Assembly: GCA_964016885.1 (NCBI GenBank)
Contig: OZ024759.1
Location: forward strand, 20,274,001-20,338,000
Length of the DNA: 64,000 nt
Origin: Eledone cirrhosa
Lineage: Eukaryota
Direction of reading: 5' to 3'
The notes under the pieces are model-generated. The model was not told the origin of the DNA, did not search any database, and was given only the letters and a program-made list of their open reading frames with translations. Made by a program: the position numbers and the translations under genes. Shown in pieces: positions 1-11,596 of this stretch; within the stretch, counting starts at the first letter, position 1; the number at the start of each line of letters is the position of its first letter.

Positions 1-241
1 GGATGTATATATACACACACATCCATATATGTATATATATATGGATGTATATATATATATACACACACACGTTCATTCATACCACACGTCAATGAGAGTT
101 ATTCTGGTTTTATATATGTATATATATTCCACCAGAATGACTCTTCTTGATGTGTGGTATGTACGTATATATATACATATATATATACATACACGTGTAT
201 AATTGCGTTTGTGGGTGCAGATTCTATCTCTCTCTATATAG

Positions 242-279
<38 letters not shown>

Positions 280-689
280 CAAATAAAATAAACACACACA
301 AACAAACAAAAATGATAAAGTTAAAACAAATAAACAAATAAAAAATAAATATCTCTGTTATTTTCTCCCCCCCCCCCCCCTCTCCCTTTTCCCTCCCCCT
401 CTCTTTCTCTCTCTCCCCTTCTTTCTCTCTTTCAGAATAATTTTAGCTGCAAGAAACCGAGTTTTCTTCTTTTTTCTGGGAGTATGGATGAGTCCGTAGA
501 CGTTCGGTCTGCTGCCAAATGTGTGTACACTTCCTATCGTCTGCCCCCCCCCCTCCCCCACATATATATATATATATATATATATATGACTTCATTCTAC
601 AGACTTAGACGCTGAGTCACATTTTCGTTTTGTCTCATTTCGTTTTATTTTTGTTATCCCCAGACTAAAAATCACTGAGAAGTTCTTTT

Positions 690-1250
690 TACTATAACCT
701 TGTCGCTTCGGCCACACTCCAGGTTAAGGGCCGAAATATTTCCTTGCGGTGCGGTGTGGAGAGGAAGGGTGGTTAAGGGTTCCTCTCTGAAGACATTTTG
801 CTGCCCATCTGTCCTGAGAGTTGCTTGCTTGCAGTGGGCGGGGAGGGGTGATGAGGGGTCCTTCTCTGAAGACGTTTTGCTGTCCAGCTGTGTTGAAAGT
901 TTCCTACCACTGAATAGGTTTTTTTTACTATAACCATGTTGCTTCGGCCTCAATCTAAGTTAAGGGCCGATATATTTGATTGCGGCAGGGCGGAGAGGGG
1001 TAGTGAGGGATCCTTCTCTGAAGCCCTTCTGCTGTCCAACTCACCTGAGATGTTCTTATCACTGAAAAGTTCGTTTCTATTACATAACCTTGTCGCTTCG
1101 GCCACAATCCAAGTTAAGGTCTAAAATACTTGCCTACGATGGGGAGGGAGTCATTCTCTGAAGAGCATCTGTTGTCCAGTTGTCCTGAGATTTTATCATA
1201 ACTGAAACATTTTTTGTTATAACCTTGTCGCTTTGTCCACAATCCTGGGG
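690..1250. repeat. Degenerate tandem repeat, 4 units of ~135-240 bp
   Basis: Motif ATAACCTTGTCGCTTCGGCCACA(A/C)TCCA.GTTAAGG recurs near 693, 930, 1085 and 1219, and CTCTGAAG...GCTGTCCA also recurs. Confidence 0.75.
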
Positions 1251-1279
1251 CCCTGTGGAGCGGAAGTTATCTAACAAAT

Positions 1280-1490
1280 ATCGGGAGTTTGATCGACTTC
1301 TTTCATTTTTATACTGGTCATCGTTGTAACCTCCAGTGACCTAGGCCCTGGGACTTTGACAGAGGTGCCAAAGATATCAGAATAAAAGGGTTTTGATCGA
1401 CTTCTTATTTATACTGGTCTCTGTCGTGATCTCCGGGATCCTTGGTCAACTGAGAGCCACAGAGGTGCCAAAGACATCCAAATATCGAGG
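1280..1490. repeat. Tandem duplication of ~105 bp
   Basis: TTTGATCGACTTCTT..ATTTATACTGGTC and ACAGAGGTGCCAAAGA each occur twice. Confidence 0.7.
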
Positions 1491-1707
1491 ACTTGGCCTG
1501 TAACGGCGTTGTTTCATGGTGTGCGCAACAATAATCTTTTCATGCGTGATTTGGTTAAATGGACCAATCGTAAGTCACGCATGAATATCAACACCTTCCG
1601 CCCAAACAAATATTTTGGCGCCTCTTTTGTTTCACTTTACTAGTTGCTGCTTTGACATCAAGAAGCTAACATCCATTTTTCTTTGCCGTGTCCGCACCAA
1701 GCAAAAA

Positions 1708-2053
1708 TGTAACGGTAAATTAAAACTTCAGCCCGATCGGCGATATGTCAGTGAGGAACCGCTTTATTTGCATATAACACTTACTTTTGTTTATTCTCTT
1801 TTATTGGCATGCCAGCTTAACATTTTATAAACCTGATCCGGTTGTAAATAAATAATGTAAAAAGTTATAAAGTCTTCTGATAATTCAGCCATCAACGAAT
1901 CTTGCATACACACATAAAAACATAACATTGGATGTGATATGGGAAAATCATTTCCCCAAGGTTCTATCGTTTTCCACGAAGACAAGTGAGTATAACATTT
2001 GACTTAGCTAATCCACTTGCCAACAAGTCTTCTCACTCTATAACTGTGTTACA
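1708..2053 (-). mobile_element. Possible LTR with adjacent PBS-like sequence
   Basis: Bounded by TGTAAC...GTTACA. The minus strand has TATAAAA and AATAAA and is followed by TGGTGCGGACACGG (PBS-like). No TSD or second LTR seen. Confidence 0.3.
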
Positions 2054-2262
2054 GATTCTCTTCTTTCGTGAATATTAACTTCTTTTACGTTACATTCACT
2101 TTCAACTAACATTTTATTGCTACAAAACATCTTCTCCCGCTGTCAGAACGAACTATTCATTCTTTTCCCGTCTATCACCACAAAAACCTTATATTGCTAA
2201 AGGCCTACTTTTGCCCCCTTCGTGCTTGTCGCCGTTGAAACCTTCAGTGTCCTCCTAAGACC

Positions 2263-3520
2263 ATGGAGAGTGCTGGTCTACCGCAAAAATTATTAGAGAG
2301 GTTTCCTATTGCTCCTCGCGATACTATCATTTTTTACACTGGTAGCGGCTCATTTGTTCACGCCTTTCGACTTCCTTTTGTGGTCCTAGATGTATGTATT
2401 ACCTGCTTGTGTGTTGTATGTGGTCCTAGGTGTATGTATTACCTGCTTGTGTGTTGTATGTGGTCCTAGATATATTTATTACCTGCTTGTGTGTTGTATG
2501 TGGTCCTAGATATATTTATTACCTGCTTGTGTGTTGTATGTGGTCCTGGATATATTTATTACCTGCTTGTGTGTTGTATGTGGTCCTCTGAGTATGTATT
2601 ACCTGCTCGTGTGTTGTATGTGGTCCTAGGTGTATGTATTACCTGCTTGTGTGTTGTATGTGGTCCTAGGTGTATGTATTACCTGCTTGTGTGTTGTATG
2701 TGGTCCTAGATATATTTATTACCTGCTTGTGTGTTGTATGTGGTCCGAGATATATTTATTACCTGCTTGTGTGTTGTATGTGGTCCTGGATATATTTATT
2801 ACCTGCTTGTGTGTTGTATGTGGTCCTAGATATATTTATTACCTGCTTGTGTGTTGTCTGTGGTCCGAGATATATTTATTACCTGCTTGTGTGTTGTATG
2901 TGCTCCTATATATATTTATTACCTGCTTGTGTGTTGTATGTGGTCCTAGGTGTATGTATTACCTGCTTGTGTGTTGTATGTGGTCCGAGATATATTTATT
3001 ACCTGCTTGTGTGTTGTATGTGGTCCTAGATATATTTATTACCTGCTTGTGTGTTGTATGTGGTCCGAGATATATTTATTACCTGCTTGTGTGTTGTATG
3101 TGGTCCTAGATATATTTATTACCTGCTTGTGTGTTGTATGTGGTCCTAGATATATTTATTACCTGCTTGTGTGTTGTATGTGGTTCGAGATATATTTATT
3201 ACCTGCTTGTGTGTTGTATGTGGTCCTAGATATATTTATTACCTGCTTGTGTGTTGTATGTGGTTCTGGATATATTTATTACCTGCTTGTGTGTTGTATG
3301 TGGTCCTCTGAGTATGTATTACCTGCTTGTGTGTTGTATGTGGTCCTCTGAGTATGTATTACCTGCTTGTGTGTTGTATGTGGTTCTAGATATATTTATT
3401 ACCTGCTTGTGTGTTGTATGTGGTCCTAGGTGTGTGTATTACCTGCTTATGCGTTTTTTCATTCTGTTTCTGTTTCTCTTTTTTTAATTATTTGTAATGT
3501 GATTTATATACAAAATATAA
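2263..3520 (+). mobile_element. CRE-like non-LTR retrotransposon 3' end (copy A) carrying the 40-bp array in its 3' UTR
   Basis: 2265-2380 aligns in inverted orientation to 6186-6300, which continues into the RLE motif REGAWLFQHITLAITRINGASVLA. The post-array tail matches 17000-17070. Confidence 0.7.
2379..3449 (+). repeat. 40-bp minisatellite, ~27 copies
   Basis: Unit TGGTCCTAGATATATTTATTACCTGCTTGTGTGTTGTATG, with TGTATGTATT / TCTGAG variants. Confidence 0.98.
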
Positions 3521-3639
3521 TTGTTGTGATAATAAATACATCTATACTCTTAATACACAAACATATACAACCAAAGCTAAAAAAAAACATCAATCAACAC
3601 CCAGTGGAGTCAATCAGTCAAATACCACAAGAGACGTCG

Positions 3640-4160
3640 AGATGTCCCTCTAATTCTTTTTGAGGCAAGCCAAAACGCTCGCCAAGCCAAAACGCTCGCA
3701 GGATTATCGCGAGTGATGGTGAAGCTAAGGCGCTGAAACAGTCAAGCACCCTCTCCAGGAGTATCGCCTGACACAGAGCTCTCCAACCACTGGGCCACTG
3801 ACCAGTACCGGTCCGTGAATCATTTACTACCGGGCGGCAAAGAAATAATTAACTTGTTTAAAATTATATAATAGGTAAATTTGAATATTGTACTTAAAAA
3901 AGATTCACATGAGAGTCAAAAGATTATACACTTTTTCTTCCCTTTAGTGAATTGCTCTCTTTATCAAAATGTACTTAAATAACACATATGTGCAACTACC
4001 GGTCTGCTGAACGATTGTCCAGCATGAGGTTGGTCTGTTGTATAAAAGGGGTTTGGAGACCACTAACCTGACACTAAGGTAAGTCGAGTTACCAACGATG
4101 ATAAGAACTTCGCTGTCAACGGCCCAGCTCTCCCAAATGGTTCGAACGCCTTTAAACACG
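3640..4160 (-). mobile_element. CRE-like RLE C-terminal fragment (copy D), split by a hAT MITE
   Basis: Minus-strand translation across the MITE: AFEPFGRAGPLTAKFLSSLVTRLTLVSG / DTPGEGA*LFQRLSFTITRDNPASVLA, matching the CRE-clade ETLG...GDPRE..LFQRISLA..RGNAASV motif. Confidence 0.75.
3774..4065. mobile_element. hAT-type MITE (~292 bp)
   Basis: Imperfect TIRs CAGAGCTCTCCAACC / GGTTTGGAGACCACTA; 8-bp TSD GCCTGACA / ACCTGACA. Confidence 0.8.
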
Positions 4161-4213
4161 TTTTCTTTAAAATAATAATAATAATAATGATTTTTTTTTT
4201 TTTTTTTTTTTTT

Positions 4214-4450
4214 GTCGAGGTTAACGTTGCCTTTCATCCTTACGGGGTCGATAAAATAAAGTACCAGTAATGCACTGGGCAATTGCTGGTCTTGTGCCAA
4301 AAGTAGAAACAATTATTATAAAATAATAATAATAATAATTTCTACTATAGGCACAAGGCCAGCAATTTTGGGGGAGGGGAAAGTCGATCAAATCGACCTC
4401 AGTGTATTACTGATGTTTTATTTTATTGATCTCGGCAGGATTTGAACTGA
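4214..4450. mobile_element. Two truncated family-1 SINEs, tail to tail
   Basis: Core GCCTTTCATCCTTACGGGGTCGATAAAATAAAGTACCAG on + at 4214-4320; a related copy on - at 4335-4450. Confidence 0.85.
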
Positions 4451-4803
4451 AGAAAAATTTACTATTACACCAAATCACGGGGTCAGGTGTAATAATAAGA
4501 AAACGTTACCGCCCTTTATTTTCATTAATTAATTGTTTTCGTTCTCACTCTCTCTGTTTATTAATTTAAACCTTTAAAACAAATGCATTCATCGTTGTAT
4601 ATACAATGCATGGACAACCTTTTTTGAGCAGTGAACCACATATCATAAGGCTCATCATAATGGCCGCATTACTTAAAACATTCAAAGCAAGTTTGACATT
4701 TCCTCTCTTTTATTCACAATTGTATAAAAAAATTAATATAATATAATATAATGGTTATAGAATGAAAACACAAACATATATAATATACGTATATACTAAG
4801 CAG

Positions 4804-5352
4804 TGTAACAGAATAGTTTGGTGGTTCTTCGAGCCACGTCAATTCAAGTATCACAGAATACGATTATAATATAATTTGTACTGTATCAGAAAGGTACAAT
4901 ATGTGTAAGCAGAAATAGTGCGTGTATAAATACTGAACTCACTATGAATGCATGTGTGCGTATCAGTATATTTACTTGTTTGTATTGCAGGAGTCGGCGA
5001 TCAGCCAGGAAGGTGAGAATAAGTGACAGACTGGTTTTTCGTGGCGAGAGCTTGTAAATGCGACTTGTCTTGTCTGTATATCACTTCTTTTTTGTCGGGG
5101 CGTAAACAACCCCTGTATTTATAAGAGTTGAAGTTAGGATAGATATATCCTCTGAACTTTGGTTAGTCTCCCAAGGGATTAGTTTGCCAAGCGTAAACAA
5201 GTCAGAAAGATGGATATATCCTCTGACCTATTTTCTGTCAGGCGTAAACACCTCTGACCTGTGTTTAGTCTCTTGAGAGTAAACAACTTACCACTGCTTG
5301 TCCCAGAGGCGGGAAAGCTCAGATTCGGTTTCGAATCTTCGCCGCCGTTATA
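4804..5352 (-). mobile_element. Solo LTR (~549 bp), Gypsy-type 4-bp TSD
   Basis: TGTAAC...GTTATA termini; TSD GCAG at 4800-4803 and 5353-5356; TATAAATA on the minus strand near 5116. Confidence 0.75.
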
Positions 5353-6185
5353 GCAGGTAATACATAGATCTAGGACCACATACAACACACAAGCAGGTAA
5401 TACATACATCTAGGACCACATACAACACACAAGCAGGTAATACATACATCTAGGACCACATACAACACACAAGCAGGTAAAACATACATCTAGGACCACA
5501 TACAACACACAAGCAGGTAAAACATACATCTAGGACCACATACAACACATAAGCAGGTAATACATACATCTAGGACCACATACAACACACAAGCAGGTAA
5601 TACATACATCTAGGACCACATACAACACACAAGCAGGTAATACATACATCTAGGACCACATACAACACACAAGCAGGTAATACATACATCTAGGACCACA
5701 TACAACACGCAAGCAGGTAAAACATACATCTAGGACCACATACAACATACAAGCAGGTAAAACATACATCTAGGACCACATACAACATACAAGCAGGTAA
5801 TACATACATCTAGGACCACATACAACACACAAGCAGGTAATACATAGATCTAGGACCACATACAACACACAAGCAGGTAAAACATACATCTAGGACCACA
5901 TACAACACATAAGCAGGTAATACATACATCTAGGACCACATACAACACACAAGCAGGTAATACATACATCTAGGACCACATACAACACACAAGCAGGTAA
6001 TACATACATCTAGGACCACATACAACACACAAGCAGGTAATACATACATCTAGGACCACATACAACACGCAAGCAGGTAAAACATACATCTAGGACCACA
6101 TACAACATACAAGCAGGTAAAACATACATCTAGGACCACATACAACACACAAGCAGGTAATACATACATCTAGGACCACATACAC
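5353..6185 (-). repeat. 40-bp minisatellite, ~21 copies, inverted relative to 2379-3449
   Basis: Unit TAGGACCACATACAACACACAAGCAGGTAATACATACATC is the reverse complement of the first array unit. Confidence 0.98.
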
Positions 6186-6369
6186 CAAAAGGGAGGTGAA
6201 AGGGGTGGACAACCGAGCCGCTACCAAAGTAAAAGATAACAGTATCATAAGGAGCACTGAGAAACCTCTCTAATAATTTTTGAGGCAAGCCAGCACGCTT
6301 GCACCGTTAATTCGGGTGATGGCGAGGGTGATGTGCTGGAACAACCAAGCGCCCTCGCGAGCTTCACGC

Positions 6370-6645
6370 TCAGAGTTTCTGAAGCATGGAACAAACTACC
6401 TGCATCAGTTGTTAGCTGCCGAGACTCTGCATCCTTTAAAACCTCCGAGTTTCCTGAGAATCGCCAACACTACACCTGATGTCTCCCTCCCCCTCTATAC
6501 ACACGCACACGTGTATATCATGACTCATACACTGTTGATTTTCCTGACATTTGTAGATTATTCTATATACTATACATGCACCTTTGATGAGTTGTAGTGC
6601 ACTTGAACACTGTACACAATAATTTCATAATTATTATCATCATTA
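6370..6645 (+). mobile_element. CR1-clade LINE 3' end
   Basis: Translates RVSEAWNKLPASVVSCRDSASFK, typical of the CR1 ORF2 C-terminus; ATT-rich tail; second copy at 44470-44580. Confidence 0.75.
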
Positions 6646-6654
6646 TTATCTCTG

Positions 6655-6841
6655 AGGCGGTGGATTGGCAGTATTGGTAGAGTGTCGGATGCCATGCTTT
6701 GGCGCATAGAGTTACGGCCCTTGCCATTCTGAGTTCAAATCCCGCCGAGGTTAACTTTGCCTTTCATCCTTACGGGGTCGATAAAATAAAGTACCAGTAA
6801 TGCACTGGGTAATTGCTGGCTTTGTGCCTAAAATAGAAACA
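6655..6841 (+). mobile_element. Full-length tRNA-derived SINE (family 1)
   Basis: A box TGGCAGTATTGG, B box GAGTTCAAATCC, conserved core; TSD ATTATTATCTCTG at 6642-6654 and 6842-6854. Confidence 0.92.
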
Positions 6842-7154
6842 ATTATTATCTCTGTGAAGCGATCCGCTGGTGAAGATAAGAACCTCGCATTCAGTAGCCC
6901 GACTTCCCACAAACGTTTCAAACCCCACAGGCTGTGAAATGTATAGGGAGCGTGTCATTCAGAAAGCCAAACGGACTGCACTTTGCCCATGATTGGTATA
7001 GACCAGAGTTTCTCAAACCTATTGGGGCCACCGCTCACCCCACGGCCACATAATACCCTCAGCATCCCCCAACCCAATTTCCAGAGAGACCTGCCTACAC
7101 GCAAATTGGATATAATATATAATAAATAAAATCGTTAATTTATATATAATAAAT

Positions 7155-7372
7155 AATTGTTTCTACTTTAGGCACAAGGCCAGCAATTACCCAGTACATT
7201 ATAATAGAAATTATTGTTTCTACTTTAGGCACAAGGCCAGCAATTACCCAGTGCATTACTGGTACTTTATTTTATCGACCCCGTAAGGATGAAAGGCAAA
7301 GTTAACCTCGGCGGGATTTGAACTCAGATCGTAAAGGGACGTAACTATGCTGCAAAACATGGCGTCCGAAGT
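7155..7372 (-). mobile_element. Family-1 SINE fragments
   Basis: Reverse-complement SINE tail twice (7155-7200 and 7212-7372). Confidence 0.85.
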
Positions 7373-7573
7373 ACGCCATGCGTACTAAAAACTGTTTGTA
7401 TTATATATAATAAATAATACAATACAGTTTTTATTACAATTGTATAAATTTACAGTAGAATAACATTGCAAATATGTTTTAAATATATACAAAAATATTA
7501 TAAATGTGTAAATAACATTATAAATTGCTTGCTATTCGTTCAGGACATTAAAAATGTCTATTCTGTGTATAAT

Positions 7574-7759
7574 TGTTTCTACTTTAGGCACAAGGCCAGC
7601 AATTACCCAGTGCATTACTGGTACTTTATTTTATCGACCCCGTAAGGATGAAAGGTAAAGTCAACCTCGGCGGGATTTGAACTCAGATCGTAAAGGGACG
7701 TAACTATGCTGGAAAGCATGACGTCCTACCCTCTACCGATACTGCCAATCCACCACCCT
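7574..7759 (-). mobile_element. Full-length family-1 SINE
   Basis: 15-bp TSD TATTCTGTGTATAAT at 7559-7573 and 7760-7774. Confidence 0.92.
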
Positions 7760-7924
7760 TATTCTGTGTATAATAACACAATAATATAAATTCAGGAACA
7801 AAAATGATAAAGGGGAAAAAAGGGAAGGGTGCAATTCACCACCAAGTGTGATAATCGGCCTCACCTCACACTTACGGGGTTACCTACACACTTTCAGGCA
7901 AGCCAACACGCAACATTGCTATGG

Positions 7925-8557
7925 ATGATGGCGAGGCTAAGGCGCTAACATCTAACATCTCACTCAGTAAGGCAGGGTGATGGCGAGGCTAAGGCGCTGA
8001 AATAACCAGGCACCCTCAGGGGCATCACCTGACATCTCAGTAAGGTAGGGTGATGGCGAGGCTAAGACGCTGAAATAACCAGGCACCCTCAGGGGCATCA
8101 CCTGACTTCTCAGTAAGGTAGGGTGATGGCGAGGCTAAGACGCTGAAATAACCAGGCACCCTCAGGGGCATCACCTGACTTCTCAGTATGGCGAGGTGAT
8201 GGTGAGGCTAAGGTGCTGACATAACCAGGCACCTTCACGGGTATCACCTGACATCTCAGTTAGGTGAGGTGATGGCGAGGCTTGACGCTAAAATAACCAG
8301 CTACCTTCACGAGTATCACCTGACATCTCAGTAAGGTGAGGTGATGATGAGGCTGAGGCGCTGAAATAACCAGGCACCATCACGAGTATCACCTGACATC
8401 TCAGTAAGGTGAGGTGATGGCGAGGCTTGACGCTGAAATAACTAGACACCTTCACGAGTATCACCTGACATCTCAGTAAGGTGAGGTGATGGCGAGGCTT
8501 GGCGCTGAAATAACCAAGCAGCTTCACGAGTATCACCTGACACCTCAGTAAGGTGAG
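7925..8557. repeat. 73-bp minisatellite, ~8 copies
   Basis: TGG(C/T)GAGGCT at 7981, 8054, 8127, 8200, 8273 and onward (period 73). Confidence 0.95.
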
Positions 8558-9171
8558 CCTCCATTGATAAGAACTTCGCAATCATCGACCCAACTCCATC
8601 GAACGCCGCAGTCGCAGCATGCAAAGCTCTGGTGATGCCCGCCGAAAATCTTGATTTTTATGCCCCAAAGACTCAAGTATAAGGCCAAATATACTGGGAA
8701 ATATTAGGAAAAAATGTTGAATATATAAATACAGATGAAACATGAAATAAATGCTTTATTAGATTTTAATATAAATCAATCAAATTTATTAAGTTCTTTT
8801 CCCCAAATGACGCCCCATCCAAAGGATGCCCAGGGCCAACGCACCGTTTCCCCCTCCCCTCTGTGTGCTACTATGTCACAGGCTGGAAAAAATAATTATT
8901 TTATTATATTTATATATAATATGTATCATTTGATATTTAATATACTATTATATCATTTCCACCGCTCCACTGGACCTTCTGAAGACCTCACCTGGAGGGG
9001 GGACCACTTTGAGAACCACTAGTATAGACTCTTGTTCGACGACTAATAATTCATCCAACTCGTTCTCACTACGAGTGTGTCACATATACATATAATCACG
9101 CACACACACAATCGCATATATATTTATATATATATATATATATACACACACACAATTATATAGATATATAT

Positions 9172-9320
9172 ATAGGGCGGGTAAAATTCCCGAGATCCAT
9201 GGACAAGTTCTCTCCAGCGGTCTCTGCCCCTCATTATCACTGCTATCACATCCTGCGTCTCCAACATACCAGTATCTGTCCTTAGGGCATCAACATACGT
9301 TAACCTTGGTCTTCCTCTTG
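9172..9320 (-). mobile_element. RTE-type LINE 3' end in (TA)n/(CA)n
   Basis: [23 protein letters not shown]...RDRWRELV; a similar copy lies at 37782-37940 (+). Confidence 0.8.
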
Positions 9321-9360
9321 TGTGTGTGTGTATATATATATATATATACATGTGTGTGAT

Positions 9361-9412
<52 letters not shown>

Positions 9413-9580
9413 ATCAAATATATACACATATATACAATTACATATATATATATATATACATACAATTACCTATATATACATACCATCACATATATGCTCA
9501 TATACACAATTGCATATATACGCACACACAGACAATCACACATATACACGCACACAATCACATATGCATACGTACATAAT

Positions 9581-9611
<31 letters not shown>

Positions 9612-9633
9612 GCACCTATACACGCACACATAA

Positions 9634-9695
<62 letters not shown>

Positions 9696-9959
9696 GCACC
9701 TATACACGCACACACATATATGCACCTATACACACACACACAATCACATACGCACACACACACAACGTAAATGTCGTCTGCTTAAAGGTTTTGTATCAAA
9801 TTACGATTTTTTTTTCAATTTTGTCTTCGTTAATATTTTGACATAAATGAAATAAATATTTAGACATATTTCTTTTTTTCTCAACACATAAAACTGTGGG
9901 TTACTATGCATTAAAGTTTGTACAAAGTTTATATATAAATATATAAATATACTCCAGAG

Positions 9960-10158
9960 CAAGCATGTCAAACACGCGGCCCTTCACAAGCACACTTGCG
10001 GCCCGCACAAGGGGTTTTACTGCGCGAGCATGTTTTATCTTAGTAATATAAAATAAAACATTGTTCTAATGTGCGCAATTAGTTATCATGTGTCGCCCCC
10101 CAAACAACTCACATATAATCCATGTGGTCCTCGGGGGACCCTCAGTTTGACATACCTG
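9960..10158. mobile_element. hAT-type MITE (~199 bp)
   Basis: TIRs CAAGCATGTCAAAC / GTTTGACATACCTG; TSD CTCCAGAG / CTCCAGGG; GCGGCCC subterminal motifs. Confidence 0.8.
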
Positions 10159-10169
10159 CTCCAGGGTAT

Positions 10170-10750
10170 ACTGGAGCAACGTGAAATAAAGTGTTGTTTT
10201 TTGTTGTTGTTGTTGTTTTTTTTTTTCTCAAGAATACAATACACAAACCAGTCCAGGAATCAACCCACAACATATTCTGATCGTAGGTCCAACGTACCTC
10301 CCCATATTTATAATTTAAATGTACTTTATTCCTAATATGATAATGTCAGGTAATTTTCCTTCTAAATAACATCTTGTCTCGTTAACATTTAACACCTGTC
10401 CAGGTAGGTAAATTCCTCCCTTCAAGAATGTCCAACAATAATAGAACCTCCTCTGTCTTTACCATATCAACATGGGCAGACCTCTATAGTAAGTTCGAGC
10501 AAGACTTATATCTCTGAAACCAAAATATAGCGAGGCGTAAATATTTCTTGATCAATATTTTTTACCATGTTTAGAGTCTTAAACTCTTTAAAATAGAGTT
10601 AGGGTCTTCTGTTGAATAACATTTAGTGGCATTCATTCAGTATTTTATTGAATAAAATTAACATTTAGAGTCAGGTGGCATTGATATTGACGTGGAATAA
10701 ACATTTAACCAATATTTTCACCATTTAACTCTTTTAAAAGAGAGTTATAG
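10170..10750 (-). repeat. Copy 1 of locally triplicated segment (includes a SINE head)
   Basis: High identity to 14345-14900 (same strand) and 23580-24095 (inverted). Confidence 0.9.
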
Positions 10751-11596
10751 TTTTCATAATCACATATGCATGCGTACATTACCACATAGACACAAACACA
10801 CAATCACATATGCACCTATATATACACACACACACACACACACACAATCACATATACACAAATACACAATAACATACGCACGCGTACGTACACAACCACA
10901 TGTATACACACAAAACAATCACATACGCTCACACACATACGCTCACGCACATACGCAATCCCTTTGGACACACACAATCACTTATGCACACAGATACACA
11001 CAGGTGCATAATCACTCACATATGCATGCGTACATTACCACATAGACACAAACACACAATCACATATGCACCTATACACACACACACACACAATCACATA
11101 TACACAAACACACAATAACATACGCACGCGTACGTACACAACCACATGTATACACACAAAACAATCACATACGCTCACGTACATACACAATCACTTTGGA
11201 CACACACAATCACGTATGCACACAGATACACACACACACAGGTGCATAATCACATATATATACACACAATCACTCACATTCAAATGCACACACACACACA
11301 CATACACAAATGTCGTCTGCTGAAAGGTTTTGTGCCAAATTACGATTTTATTTTTTTTTCAATTTGTCTTCGTTAATTTGTTGATATTAATGAAATATAT
11401 ATTTATACATATTTCTTTTTTTCTCAACACATAAAACTGCGGGTTACAATGCATTAAAGTTTGGACAAAGTTTATAAATATATATATATGTACACACACA
11501 CACACACACACATGAATGGACCTGTTATCTTTATCTAAAGACATTTTTTCCAATTCCAACCCGCCCGTCCCTTCAATCTATCTGGTTTCTCATTCT

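Larger units (their letters stand above)
6186..6960 (-). mobile_element. CRE-like 3' fragment (copy B), interrupted by CR1 and SINE
   Basis: Minus strand reads SQPVGFETF..EVGLLNARFLSSPADRFTE (6851-6950), then REAREGAWLFQHITLAITRINGASVLACLKKLL (6270-6368). Confidence 0.78.
7430..8630 (-). mobile_element. CRE-like 3' fragment (copy C) with 73-bp array and AT-rich 3' UTR
   Basis: AAFDGVGSMIAKFLSMEAHLTEVSGDTREAAWLFQR ... RLSLAIIHSNVA. UTR 7430-7830 is homologous to 24400-24640. Confidence 0.75.
7004..9021. mobile_element. Non-autonomous hAT element (~2 kb) with nested insertions
   Basis: TIRs CAGAGTTTCTCAAA / TTTGAGAACCACTA; perfect 8-bp TSD GTATAGAC at 6996-7003 and 9022-9029. Confidence 0.82.

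Noticed and set aside
4991-5012. Micro-exon-like TTGCAG|...|GTGAGA
   Set aside because: It lies within the solo LTR, and there is no supporting neighbouring exon.
2379-6185. 40-bp arrays as CRISPR, or as Cys-rich/membrane ORFs
   Set aside because: The units are contiguous with no unique spacers and no cas genes, in a eukaryotic context. 40 is not a multiple of 3, so the ORFs cycle through frames.
6655-6750. tRNA genes suggested by A/B boxes (also 16326, 29707, 37083, 57362)
   Set aside because: These are SINE heads followed by SINE core and tail; no complete cloverleaf.
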